Below are positions 8,734-18,176 of a DNA stretch of 64,000 nucleotides, in pieces; position 1 is the first letter of the stretch; each line of letters begins with the position of its first letter. Both the position numbers and the translations under genes were made by a program. The stretch spans positions 508 to 64,507 of the forward strand of contig JAGSHC010000006.1 of the NCBI GenBank assembly GCA_023954745.1, given 5' to 3'. The DNA is from Deltaproteobacteria bacterium (lineage in GTDB: Bacteria; Myxococcota_A; UBA796; UBA9615). A model generated the notes under the pieces. That model was given only the letters and a program-made list of their open reading frames with translations, had not been told where the DNA came from and ran no database searches.

Positions 8734-9824
8734 TGCGTCACTTGCTGACACTCCCCCTGCTCCTCGCCCTGACGGGATGCAACCTGCTCGAGCTCACTCC
8801 CACGAGCCAGGTGGTGCGCGCGCGGGTCGCAGGGGTCGAGGCGGAGCCCGCGGAGATCGGTCTGGGCGAGAGCACTACGCTCCGATCGCTCCTGGTCCAC
8901 CCCCCAGCGCAGACCCCAGCCCTGGGGCAGATCTGGTTTGCGTGCCTGGAGACGGAGAGCGCTGGGGGATGTCTGGGATTCGACCTCGCGGGGGCCATTG
9001 ACGGAGAAGGCGACGACGATGACGACGCGACGGACCCGCCCGACCTGCAGAGTGGCGACGTGCAGTTCGGCATCGGCGAGACCTTCGAGTACACCGCCGA
9101 GGGCCCTCTGCTCGAGGAGGCCTGGGCAGCGCTCGACCCGGCGGACCGGGTAGAAGGCCTCACCCTGCTCGTCGCAGTGAACTACGTCGAACGCTCCAAC
9201 GAGGAGCTGACGTCTCTTCTGATCGCGCTCGGCACGGCCCTCCAGACGGGAAACCAGGAAAACCTCGACCTACTCGTCGACGAGTTCACCGGCCTGCTCG
9301 ACAACTCCATCACTGCGGCCCGGCGCGTCGTGATCTCGGACAAGTCCGCTGGGGCGCCGAGCCCCGTGGAGTGCCCGGTGTCCGAGCTTGCTCCGAACCA
9401 GAACCCCGAATTCGTCGGGCTGACCGTGCACGCCGACCGGTCGGGCTTCGATGAGGGCTTTCCCCTGGGGCCCGTGACCTTCGTCCGTCCCGAGGAGTCA
9501 CTCACTCTGCGGCCTCAGCTGGGGGAGGACGCCCGCGAGAACTACCTGTTCATCGACCGCAACGCCGTGACCCACTGTCGACGCGAGGACCCATACTTTG
9601 CGTGGGTCGCCAGCGGAGGCGCCTCGATGTCGAGCGACTACAGCTTCGTTGCCGAGGAGGGCGATCTCGAGGAGGTCGAGGGACGTCCAAAGGTGAATCG
9701 GATCACGATGCCACCGGCCGAGGAGTTCCCCGCGGAGGGAGTCGACTTGTGGGTGGTCCTCCGCGATCGGCGGGGCGGCCTCGTCTGGACCGAGCGGCGC
9801 TTCCTTCAGTACGACACACCCTGA
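8733..9824 (+). CDS. Hypothetical lipoprotein, translationally coupled to the receptor gene
   Basis: Lipobox LLLALTGC. ATG overlaps the upstream stop (TGATG). No recognisable catalytic motifs. Confidence 0.6.
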   Translation: MRHLLTLPLLLALTGCNLLELTPTSQVVRARVAGVEAEPAEIGLGESTTLRSLLVHPPAQTPALGQIWFACLETESAGGCLGFDLAGAIDGEGDDDDDATDPPDLQSGDVQFGIGETFEYTAEGPLLEEAWAALDPADRVEGLTLLVAVNYVERSNEELTSLLIALGTALQTGNQENLDLLVDEFTGLLDNSITAARRVVISDKSAGAPSPVECPVSELAPNQNPEFVGLTVHADRSGFDEGFPLGPVTFVRPEESLTLRPQLGEDARENYLFIDRNAVTHCRREDPYFAWVASGGASMSSDYSFVAEEGDLEEVEGRPKVNRITMPPAEEFPAEGVDLWVVLRDRRGGLVWTERRFLQYDTP

Positions 9825-9847
9825 GGAGCCGTCGCCCGACGCCGTGA

Positions 9848-10321
9848 CTACTTCTTGCCACCACGACCGACCCGGAACGAGGCGGAGTAGACCGTCTTGA
9901 AGTCGGCGCATCGCGCCTGGCTGAGCTCCCGGTCTGCTTCACAGCCCCAACCGTAGGAGAGGCCGACGCGGAGAATCTGGCCCGCCTGCTTGCTCTCGGT
10001 TCCGAAGCTCAGGGTGTGGGTGCCGGGCGGGATCGCGACCGCCATCCCCTCAGCGACGCAGGTCGCTGCGGGAACCGGAACGTAGGTCTCGGACTCGAAG
10101 TGCTGGAGCTGCAGAGCGCCACAGCCGGCGATGAAGATCGGCTTCGCGGTGTCGTTGGTGACGGTGAACTCGGCGTTCTCCCCCACCCCATACATGGACC
10201 TGGAGGCCTCAATCGAAACGGATTCGCCTTCAGAGTGAGCGATTCCGGCCGTCGTGAGCACGATGGCGAAGAGACCTGCGCCCAGAGGACGACATAGTTT
10301 GGCGAGAATTCCTTCAGCCAT
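9848..10321 (-). CDS. Small secreted Cys-containing hypothetical protein
   Basis: ORF 9848..10483. The signal peptide starts at internal MAEGILAKLCRPLGAGLFAIVLTTAGIAHS (ATG 10321). The upstream extension is R/G-rich junk. Confidence 0.55.
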   Translation of the reverse strand: MAEGILAKLCRPLGAGLFAIVLTTAGIAHSEGESVSIEASRSMYGVGENAEFTVTNDTAKPIFIAGCGALQLQHFESETYVPVPAATCVAEGMAVAIPPGTHTLSFGTESKQAGQILRVGLSYGWGCEADRELSQARCADFKTVYSASFRVGRGGKK

Positions 10322-10621
10322 TGCGCTTCGGCTCCCCGAGACCCCCCACCAGCTCGGTGGGGCGTCGACGAACCATGTTAGGGGATCCGCCGCCGGAGCC
10401 CCAAACCGACCACCCGAGACTCGCGAACGCTGTCGGCCGTTGCATTCCCGCAGCACCACCCGTCTTGACACCCCAGAAACCACGCTGGTAGAAACGCGCG
10501 GTCATCCTGACCCCCTCGCACACGTTGAGGTCGGGCCCCCCGGTGTCGGGCGATGGAGCATCGACGATTGCCCCGGCAACCTGAGTTCACCCTGGCGAAC
10601 GATCCTGCCCTGGAGCCGCGA

Positions 10622-11503
10622 ATGAACCGCTGGCCTGCTCTGCTGACGTGCCTTGCCGTCGCGCTGTCCCTTCTGGGGGCGCCGACCGCCGCGCAAGCCG
10701 CTGACGACGATGTCGTCGCGACCCGCGCCCCGACGGACAAGCGCCAGACGCTCGTCCGAAACAAGTTCTTCTACAAACGCGGGCGTTTCGAGATCACGCC
10801 CCAGTTCGGCTACATCAGCAGCAGCCCGCTGAACAACGAAGTCCTGGCCGGCTTGTCGCTGACCTACCACGTGACCGACAAGTTCGGTGTGGAGCTCAAC
10901 GGCAGCTACGCCTTCCTCGGCGGCCAGGCAAACACGAAGCAGTTGGCCATCGCCGTGCTTCGGTTGCTCGACACGAGCCTGCGCCTCGAGTCGGTGGACC
11001 CTGGCGCGTTCGTCAGCCTGTCCGCCGTCTTCTCGCCGATGTACGGGAAGCTCAACCCGTTCGGTCTCGCAGTGATCAACCTCGACTTCTTCTTCGTCGC
11101 CGGCGTCGGCTACGGGAACGAGCAAATCGAGATGCTCAACTACACGGTCGACGAGTTCAACCGTGAAGGCGCCGCGCTCGCCGTGGACCCCGTGACCAAC
11201 CACATGCTCATGTTCCATCTCGGCTTCGGAGCCAAGATCTTCGTAAGCAAGTGGTTCAGCCTGAAGCTCGAAGGCCGCCTCTACCTGACCTGGGACGAGG
11301 TCCTCTCCTACGACGACGACGCGTCTGCAGCGGCGAACCGCAACCTCGACGCTCTCGAGTCGAACCGGCTGGCCTGTCACGACAGTTCGAACACCGGCGC
11401 TGTCTGCAAGACCGTCTTCCCCACCACCCTCGTTCTCGGCGTAGGCGGCAGCTTCTGGCTGCCAGGCGACAAAGTCGTCCGCGCCCGCATGAACCGCCGC
11501 TAG
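10622..11503 (+). CDS. Outer-membrane beta-barrel protein, GltA/GltB (NfsA/B)-like
   Basis: ORF 10553..11503. Signal peptide from ATG 10622 (MNRWPALLTCLAVALSLLGAPTAAQA). Alternating beta-strand pattern. Paralog of the next gene (NKFFYKRGRFEITPQFGY vs KKFFLKYRRLELTPHIGY). First gene of an A-H ordered cluster. Confidence 0.7.
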   Translation: MNRWPALLTCLAVALSLLGAPTAAQAADDDVVATRAPTDKRQTLVRNKFFYKRGRFEITPQFGYISSSPLNNEVLAGLSLTYHVTDKFGVELNGSYAFLGGQANTKQLAIAVLRLLDTSLRLESVDPGAFVSLSAVFSPMYGKLNPFGLAVINLDFFFVAGVGYGNEQIEMLNYTVDEFNREGAALAVDPVTNHMLMFHLGFGAKIFVSKWFSLKLEGRLYLTWDEVLSYDDDASAAANRNLDALESNRLACHDSSNTGAVCKTVFPTTLVLGVGGSFWLPGDKVVRARMNRR

Positions 11504-11514
11504 GAGCCGCGAGC

Positions 11515-12720
11515 ATGACCCGCACGCTGCGCCATTTGTTGCTGCTCCTTCTTCTCCTCGGCCTCGCCGTGCCGACTGCCTACGCCGCCCCTGGCGACGC
11601 GGCTCCCGATTTCGGCGATGACGACGATGATGACGACGACGAGGAAGAGGACTCCGGGCCCACCTTCGACGAAGAGTACGAAGAGGAGACCGAAAACGAA
11701 GAGTCCGAGGAGGCTGTCGAAGAGGACGTCGCCGAAGACGAGTCGGACGAGGCCGCCGAAGAAGAGGCCGCCGAGGACGAGTCCACGGACGAGGAAGCCA
11801 CCGAGGACGAGGAAGCCGATGAGGCTGCCGAGGAGGACGACTACGATCCTCTGGAGGGGCTGAACCTTCCCCCGTCGGAGACCGAAGAGGCCTCCGAAGA
11901 CGAGGACGCAGAATCCGACGAGGACGAGCGACCGGCTCGCGAAGAGGACGACGAGGACGAAGTCGAAGAGGCCTCTTCCTCCAGCAAGCGGGCCGACAAG
12001 GCTGCGGACCGCCGCGAGCGCAAGAAGCGCATCGTCAAGGTCATCCAGAAGAAGTTCTTCCTGAAGTACCGCCGCCTCGAGCTGACCCCCCACATCGGCT
12101 ACATCGGCAACGACAACTTCATCACCCGCCTGCACATCGGCCTCGCGGCGACGTACCACATCAACGACATCCTCGGCATCGAGCTGATGGTGGCGGGGAT
12201 GCCGAACCTCGGTGACACCGACTACAAGCCGCTGACTCGGCGCTTCCAGGCGGAGTCCGAGGTCGTGCCGGACATCACGCGCGTCACCTTCTCGGCCATG
12301 CTCGGCGGGGCGGTCTCGCCCATCTACGGCAAGGTCGAGCTCGGCGCGAGCCGCATCATCAACTACGACATCTACTTCATCGCGGGGGCCGGCATGGTCC
12401 ACACCCGCGACGACACGGCGATCATCCGCTCGCCCTGTGATGACCTTCCGACGGTCCGCGAGCGCAATGACCGGTCAAACTCCGTCGTGGCCGAGAACGG
12501 CTGCTGGCTGGTCGACCAGGAGCACTTCGCCAGCTACTTCGGCGGCGGACTGCGCATCGTCTTCAACAAGTGGATTGGGATTCGCCTCGACGTGCGAAAC
12601 ATCACCCACATCGAGCAGGCCTGGCGCAACGGCGATGTCGGACTAGAGATGAAGCAGTCGCTGGTGATCAACATCGGTGCCTCCTTCTTCATCCCGCCCG
12701 AGCCCCGTCGGTTGAACTGA
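11515..12720 (+). CDS. Outer-membrane beta-barrel protein, GltA/GltB (NfsA/B)-like, with a ~150-aa D/E-rich N-terminal extension
   Basis: In-frame part of ORF 11251..12720. Signal peptide MTRTLRHLLLLLLLLGLAVPTAYA at ATG 11515, an acidic low-complexity tract, a basic patch, then a barrel paralogous to 10622..11503. Confidence 0.7.
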   Translation: MTRTLRHLLLLLLLLGLAVPTAYAAPGDAAPDFGDDDDDDDDEEEDSGPTFDEEYEEETENEESEEAVEEDVAEDESDEAAEEEAAEDESTDEEATEDEEADEAAEEDDYDPLEGLNLPPSETEEASEDEDAESDEDERPAREEDDEDEVEEASSSSKRADKAADRRERKKRIVKVIQKKFFLKYRRLELTPHIGYIGNDNFITRLHIGLAATYHINDILGIELMVAGMPNLGDTDYKPLTRRFQAESEVVPDITRVTFSAMLGGAVSPIYGKVELGASRIINYDIYFIAGAGMVHTRDDTAIIRSPCDDLPTVRERNDRSNSVVAENGCWLVDQEHFASYFGGGLRIVFNKWIGIRLDVRNITHIEQAWRNGDVGLEMKQSLVINIGASFFIPPEPRRLN

Positions 12721-12902
12721 GATTGTGAACTCTTTGATCTCTCGAACGCCCCTGTCGCACTGCATCAGGTGTCCATACTCTGCGAAGCAGCGTGTTGGCG
12801 TGTGTGAATCGAGAGCGCCCCACTTTCCGTCGGCCTCGGGCCGGCAACACGCACACGGGACGGCGGAGTTGGTATCGACGTCCCGTGCCACGGGATAAAC
12901 CC

Positions 12903-14972
12903 ATGATGCGACGACTCTTCCTGGCTCCACTGGCCGGACTGTTCTTCCTGATGGCGATGGCCAGCCCCGCGCTGGCACTCACCCTCGACGATGTGAAGCA
13001 GATGGTGTCTGTCGGTGTCCCCGACAACATCATCGTCTCCACCGTTGGGAACAGTGAAGAAGTCTTCAACCTCACCCCCGAGCAGATCATCGATCTGAAG
13101 GGTGCGGGCGTCTCCGACAAGGTCATCGAGGCTCTCCAAGCCACCGCCGGCAGCCAAAGCCGCACGACGGAGACCCGCGAGGAGGAGCCGCGCCGCCGTG
13201 GAGACGACGAGGATGGCTCGGCCAGCTCGCGCGGCGACGACGACGAGGACCGCAGTTCCCGCCGCTCCAGCCGCGACGAGGACGACGACGGCTACAGCCG
13301 CCGCTCGAGTCGCGACGACGACGACGAGGGCAGCTCCCGTCGCCGCTCCAGCCGAGACGACGACGACGAGGGCAGCTCCCGTCGCCGCTCCAGCCGAGAC
13401 GACGACGAGGGCAGCTCCCGTCGCCGCTCCAGCCGAGACGACGACGAGGGCAGCTCCCGTCGCCGCTCCAGCCGCTCCAGCCGGAAGAAGAGCTCGAGCA
13501 AGGTGAAGAAGACTCCCAAGGAGATCAAGGAGCTCATCGGTCGCTACAAGGACAAGAAGTACCTGGGCGCGTCCCTCGGCTTCTACCGCATCCTCGACGA
13601 GGGCAAGTACCCCGAGCAGGATCACAAGAGCCAGTACTACCTGGCGGACAGCCTCTACAAGCTGGGGCTCCTGCACTCGGCGCAGGTCTACTTCCAGAAG
13701 GTCGTGAAGGCCGGCCCCGACACGGGCTCCTACTTCAGCAACGCGCTGCTTCGGCTCGTCACCATCGCTGACAAGACCAAGGACCCCATCTACCTCATCA
13801 AGACGATCCACAAGATCGACGCTGATGACTACCCGGGCAAGGTCAAGGACGACCTCTACTACTACGCCGGCGTCGCCGACTTCGAGCGTCAGGACTACAA
13901 GGCCGCGAAGCGCAGCTTCGCCCGCCTCAGCAAGTCGTCCACGCACTACTACAAGGCGCGGTACTACATCGGCGTCATCCAGAACGAGCAGAACAAGAAG
14001 GCCGCTGCGGCGAAGACCTTCCAGTCCGTGCTCAAGGGTGACTTCATCGGTGACCCCGACGAGATCAGCTCGGTGAAGCAGCTCGCGATGATCAACATCG
14101 CGCGCATCTACTACGCGGCCGAGCGCTTCCCGCGCGCCGCCGACCTCTACGAGAACATCGGGAAGTCCGCGCGCGGCGGCGAGTACTGGGGCACCGCACT
14201 CTACGAGTCGGCCTGGGCCTACTTCATGAGTGAGAACAAGGAGCACAAGGCCCTCGGGCACCTCCTCACCCTCAGCTCCCCCTTCTTCGAGCGTGACTTC
14301 GTGCCGGACGCGATGATCCTCGAGGCCCTCACCTACTACCGGATCTGCGAGTTCAAGAAGGTCGAGGGACTCCTCGACGACTTCAAGGGCAAGTACGCCC
14401 CGATGCAGGAAGCCATCACCGGCATGCTGCCCGAGGACGCGAGCGACCTGAACGCCGCCCGGGACCTCTACGTGGATCTGTACGGCCGCAAGAGCAAGAA
14501 GTACCGCAAGCTGCCCGTGGCCATCTTCTCGCGCATCGAGTCGGACCGCAGCTTCGCGGGACCACACAACCGCGTGCTGCAGATTCAGAACGAGCTCAAC
14601 CGCATCAAGGCGATGAAGTCGCAGTGGCGCGAGGCTGAGATCGGCAAGGGGCTGACCAAGCAGCTCGCTTCGCAGGCCAAGGCCTACAAGAAGTTCGCGG
14701 GAGCCGCCCTGGCCAACAAGCTGGGCTCCCTCAAGGACCAGATTGCTGACCTGATGGGCCAGGAGGCCCTCCTCCGCTTCGAGATGGTGTCCGGTGAGTA
14801 CCGGACGTACCTCGAGAAGTTCCGTAACCCCGAGACGGCCGAGACCGAGGAGGGTGTGGAGTTCGACTTCGCGACGAACCCCGACCTCATCTACTGGCCG
14901 TTCAACGGGGAGTTCTGGCAGGACGAGCTCGGCTACTACGAGCGTGTCGAGCCGGGCGCGTGCACGGAGTAA
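12903..14972 (+). CDS. Periplasmic TPR protein, GltC/NfsC-like, with an RS/D-rich repeat region
   Basis: In-frame part of ORF 12792..14972. Signal peptide MMRRLFLAPLAGLFFLMAMASPALA, (RRSSRDDDDEGSS)n repeats, then TPR-like helices. Third position in the cluster. Confidence 0.65.
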   Translation: MMRRLFLAPLAGLFFLMAMASPALALTLDDVKQMVSVGVPDNIIVSTVGNSEEVFNLTPEQIIDLKGAGVSDKVIEALQATAGSQSRTTETREEEPRRRGDDEDGSASSRGDDDEDRSSRRSSRDEDDDGYSRRSSRDDDDEGSSRRRSSRDDDDEGSSRRRSSRDDDEGSSRRRSSRDDDEGSSRRRSSRSSRKKSSSKVKKTPKEIKELIGRYKDKKYLGASLGFYRILDEGKYPEQDHKSQYYLADSLYKLGLLHSAQVYFQKVVKAGPDTGSYFSNALLRLVTIADKTKDPIYLIKTIHKIDADDYPGKVKDDLYYYAGVADFERQDYKAAKRSFARLSKSSTHYYKARYYIGVIQNEQNKKAAAAKTFQSVLKGDFIGDPDEISSVKQLAMINIARIYYAAERFPRAADLYENIGKSARGGEYWGTALYESAWAYFMSENKEHKALGHLLTLSSPFFERDFVPDAMILEALTYYRICEFKKVEGLLDDFKGKYAPMQEAITGMLPEDASDLNAARDLYVDLYGRKSKKYRKLPVAIFSRIESDRSFAGPHNRVLQIQNELNRIKAMKSQWREAEIGKGLTKQLASQAKAYKKFAGAALANKLGSLKDQIADLMGQEALLRFEMVSGEYRTYLEKFRNPETAETEEGVEFDFATNPDLIYWPFNGEFWQDELGYYERVEPGACTE
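13260..13484 (+). repeat. In-frame tandem repeat (39/42-bp units, about 5.5 copies)
   Basis: Units begin at 13260, 13299, 13341, 13383 and 13422, with a partial copy at 13461. Units 13341-13382, 13383-13421 and 13422-13460 are identical apart from one GAC codon. They encode RRSSRDDD(D)EGSS. Confidence 0.9.
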
Positions 14973-14977
14973 TTGGA

Positions 14978-17900
14978 ATGATCATGAACCAACGCCTTCG
15001 TATCTTCGCCCTGGCCATCTCCATTGGCCTCGGAAGTCTCACTGTCCCCGTCCTGGTGGACGAGGCCGTCGCGCAGTCCTCCCGCCGGGAGGAAAAGAAG
15101 CGTGAGGTCCTCGACTACAAGCAGTTCGAGCGGGAGCAGAACCGTGCGCAGTACGGCGAGCTGGCCAACGAGAAGCGCCAGGAAGCCATCGCGCAGCTGA
15201 AGAAGATCCTCGCCGAGCAGACGCTCCCGCCCGACACGAAGGCGGAGATGCTGATGCGCCTCGCGGAGCTGTACTGGGAGCAATCCAAGTACGAGTTCAA
15301 CACCGAGATGAAGGCGTTCGACAAGGAATACGAGAAGTGGTTCGACCTGAGCGACGCTCAGCAGAAGAAGACGCCGGAGCCCAAGGTCGAGACGACGCGC
15401 TCCTCGGCCTTCACCCGCAAGGCGATCGAGAACTACCGCATCATCCTGCAGAACTACCCGAACTACCCGCGGGTGGACGAGGCGTTGTTCTTCCTGGCCT
15501 TCTCGCTCAACGACATCGGTGAGAACCAGGACGCGCTGTCCATGTACAGCAAGCTGGTGAAGTCGTACCCGAAGTCAGACTTCGTGCCCGACAGCTACAA
15601 CGCCATCGGCGAGTACTACTTCAACAACAACAACGCGTTCAAGGCACTGCAGGCGTACAAGCGCGCGGCGCAGTTCCCGGACAGCAAGATCTACACGTTC
15701 GCTCTCTACAAGATGGCCTGGTGCTACTACAACGTCGGCGAGTTCGGCGAGGCCATCGAAACGATGAAGGAGCTGGTCGCAGAGACGGACCGGCGCCTCG
15801 AGGCGAACCCCGAGCAGGCCGGCATCTCTCTCAAGGAGGAGGCCCTGCGCGATCTGGTTCTCTTCTTCTCCGAGGAAGGCGACCTGGAGGCGGCCAAGGA
15901 GTACTTCACCCGCTACGGCGAGAAGCGCTACTACCGCAAGATGCTGAGCCGCCTCGGCAACATCTACATGGACCAGGGCAAGAACGAGCTGGGCATCCAG
16001 ACGTATCGCACGCTCATCGCCGAGCAGCCCTTCGCTTCGGACAACCCGGCGCACCAGAACGCAATCATCAAGGCGTACTGGGACCGGGATCGCTTCGACG
16101 AGGCGAACGAGGAGATCGACAAGCTGGTCGTCACCTATGGCAAGGAGTCCCGCTGGAACTCCGAGAACGCCGACGACAAGGGCGCCCTCAAGGAGAGCAA
16201 GCGGCTCATCGAGAAGAACCTGCGGAATGTGGCCATCGACAGTCACCAGCAGGCTCTCAAGCGGCGCTCCGCCAAGCTCCTGCTCCTCGCCGAGGAGAAC
16301 TACAAGCGCTACCTCGACTACTTCCCCAAGGGCGGCAAGTCGTACGAGATGCGTTACTGGTACGCCGAGGTTCTGTACAAGCTGAAGAAGTACGACCTGG
16401 CGACCAACGAGTACGAGATGACCGTCGAGTCCGATGCGAAGGGCAAGTTCCTCAAGGACGCGGCGATCAACACCATCTTCTCCATCGAGAAGTACATCGG
16501 GAACCAGAAGAAGATCTGGGACCGGGAGACCAAGGCCGAGCGGAACCGCCGCAAGAAGCTCAAGGATCCCAAGGAGAAGTACGCGCCCATCGAGCTCCGC
16601 GAGTGGGAGTCCCGCCTCATCAAGGCGTGCGATGCGTACTCCAAGAACCTGCCCGATGACGAGAAGACCCTCAACATCCTCTACAAGGCGGCGTACCTGC
16701 TCTACGAGCACAACGAGTTCAACCTCGCGAACGACCGCTTCCTGCAGATCATCCGCGGCAACCCGAAGTCCGAGCTGGCGCAGTTCTCCGTCAACATCAT
16801 TCTCGACAGCTACGCGCTCATCGAGAACTGGGATGACCTGAACAAGGTGGCTCGCGAGTTCCACGCCAACCCCGACGTGGGCAAGACCACGAAGTTCAAG
16901 GCCGACCTCAAGTCCATCTACCAGAACGCCACGTTCAAGATCGCTGAGGGCTACGCGGCGGGTGAGAAGAAGAAGGACGCCAGCAAGGCGTTCGAGGACT
17001 TCTACCGCGAGTTCGAGGACGCGAAGATTCGCGACCTTGCGCTGTACAACGCGTCCTTCTGGGCCGGACAGAGCGGGGACAAGGCCCGCATGGTTGCTCT
17101 GCGCACCGAGTTCGTGGAGAACTTCCCGGAGCCCCTGGGCAAGGAGACGAAGACCCGTCAGCTCTTCGAGAAGAGCGTGAGCCAGCTCGGCGACCACTAC
17201 CAGTCGATGGCTGCCTACGGGAAGGCCGGGACCTACTACCGGACGCTGTTCGACGCGGACAAGGCGTTCGAGGTCGAGGGCTTCACCACCGCCCAGGACG
17301 CGCTCTACAACGCGGCCCTCTTCGCTGAGGCTCTCGGCGACATCGACGGTGCCACCCAGCACTTCCGCGACTACCTCGCGACGTGGCCTGACGGCGACGA
17401 CGTGCTTTCCACCAAGATGCGCGTCGCGCGCATGCTGACCACCGCGGGCAAGACTGACGCGGCCAAGAACGAGTGGAAGGCCATCTACGGCGACGCCGGT
17501 ACTCCCCCGGCCGAGTCCATGGAGGCCCGTCAGCAGTACGGACTCCTGATCGGCGAGCGGAAGGACCAGCTCTCCCACTTCAAGAGCTCGTTGAAGTACT
17601 TCGATGGGGTCAAGGCCAACATCGATGGTGGTGACCTGTCCCGCCTCTACGCGGCGGAGATGCAGTTCGAGCTGCTCGAGCCCGAGTGGGCGGAGTTCGC
17701 GGCCATTTCGATGCCCGCCGACAAGACCGCCGGCAAGATCCTCAAGAAGAAGATCGAGGGCCTCGCCGGACTCGAGAAGAAGTACGTCGGCGTCCTGGAG
17801 CTGAAGGCGGGCGAGTGGGGCATCGCGGCCCTGTACCGCATCGGCACCCTGTACGCAGACTTCGCCGCGAAGCTGCGAGGGGCTCCCTGCCCCGACCGCC

Positions 17901-18154
17901 TCGATGAAGACCAGTGCTTCCTCTACAAGGCTGGCCTCGAAGACCGCGCCTACCCCGTCTCCGACAAGGCGGTCGACGCGTTCCAGAAGGCTCGTGAGAA
18001 GAGCTACGAACTGAAGCTGTACACGGACTACACCGCGAAGGCCATCGCGGGGTTGAGCGACATCCGGCCTGAGGAGTTCCCTCCCGGCGCCGAGGAGTAC
18101 GCGAAGCCTGAGTACAGCAGCAATCCCTACGTGACCGCAGACCTCGCTCGGTAA
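14978..18154 (+). CDS. Large TPR protein, GltD(AgmU)/NfsD-like
   Basis: ORF 14960..18154. ATG 14978 lies 8 nt after GGAG. Signal/anchor MIMNQRLRIFALAISIGLGSLTV, then about 1050 aa of TPR-like repeats. Fourth position in the cluster. Confidence 0.65.
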   Translation: MIMNQRLRIFALAISIGLGSLTVPVLVDEAVAQSSRREEKKREVLDYKQFEREQNRAQYGELANEKRQEAIAQLKKILAEQTLPPDTKAEMLMRLAELYWEQSKYEFNTEMKAFDKEYEKWFDLSDAQQKKTPEPKVETTRSSAFTRKAIENYRIILQNYPNYPRVDEALFFLAFSLNDIGENQDALSMYSKLVKSYPKSDFVPDSYNAIGEYYFNNNNAFKALQAYKRAAQFPDSKIYTFALYKMAWCYYNVGEFGEAIETMKELVAETDRRLEANPEQAGISLKEEALRDLVLFFSEEGDLEAAKEYFTRYGEKRYYRKMLSRLGNIYMDQGKNELGIQTYRTLIAEQPFASDNPAHQNAIIKAYWDRDRFDEANEEIDKLVVTYGKESRWNSENADDKGALKESKRLIEKNLRNVAIDSHQQALKRRSAKLLLLAEENYKRYLDYFPKGGKSYEMRYWYAEVLYKLKKYDLATNEYEMTVESDAKGKFLKDAAINTIFSIEKYIGNQKKIWDRETKAERNRRKKLKDPKEKYAPIELREWESRLIKACDAYSKNLPDDEKTLNILYKAAYLLYEHNEFNLANDRFLQIIRGNPKSELAQFSVNIILDSYALIENWDDLNKVAREFHANPDVGKTTKFKADLKSIYQNATFKIAEGYAAGEKKKDASKAFEDFYREFEDAKIRDLALYNASFWAGQSGDKARMVALRTEFVENFPEPLGKETKTRQLFEKSVSQLGDHYQSMAAYGKAGTYYRTLFDADKAFEVEGFTTAQDALYNAALFAEALGDIDGATQHFRDYLATWPDGDDVLSTKMRVARMLTTAGKTDAAKNEWKAIYGDAGTPPAESMEARQQYGLLIGERKDQLSHFKSSLKYFDGVKANIDGGDLSRLYAAEMQFELLEPEWAEFAAISMPADKTAGKILKKKIEGLAGLEKKYVGVLELKAGEWGIAALYRIGTLYADFAAKLRGAPCPDRLDEDQCFLYKAGLEDRAYPVSDKAVDAFQKAREKSYELKLYTDYTAKAIAGLSDIRPEEFPPGAEEYAKPEYSSNPYVTADLAR

Positions 18155-18176
18155 GCAGAGAGCAGGAGTGCAGAAG

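Noticed and set aside
13260-13484. Regularly spaced ~40-bp direct repeats that at first glance resemble a small CRISPR array. The same applies to 19713-19841 and 62819-63025.
   Set aside because: There are no spacers between the units. All units are in frame inside well-supported genes and encode low-complexity peptide repeats. No cas genes are nearby.
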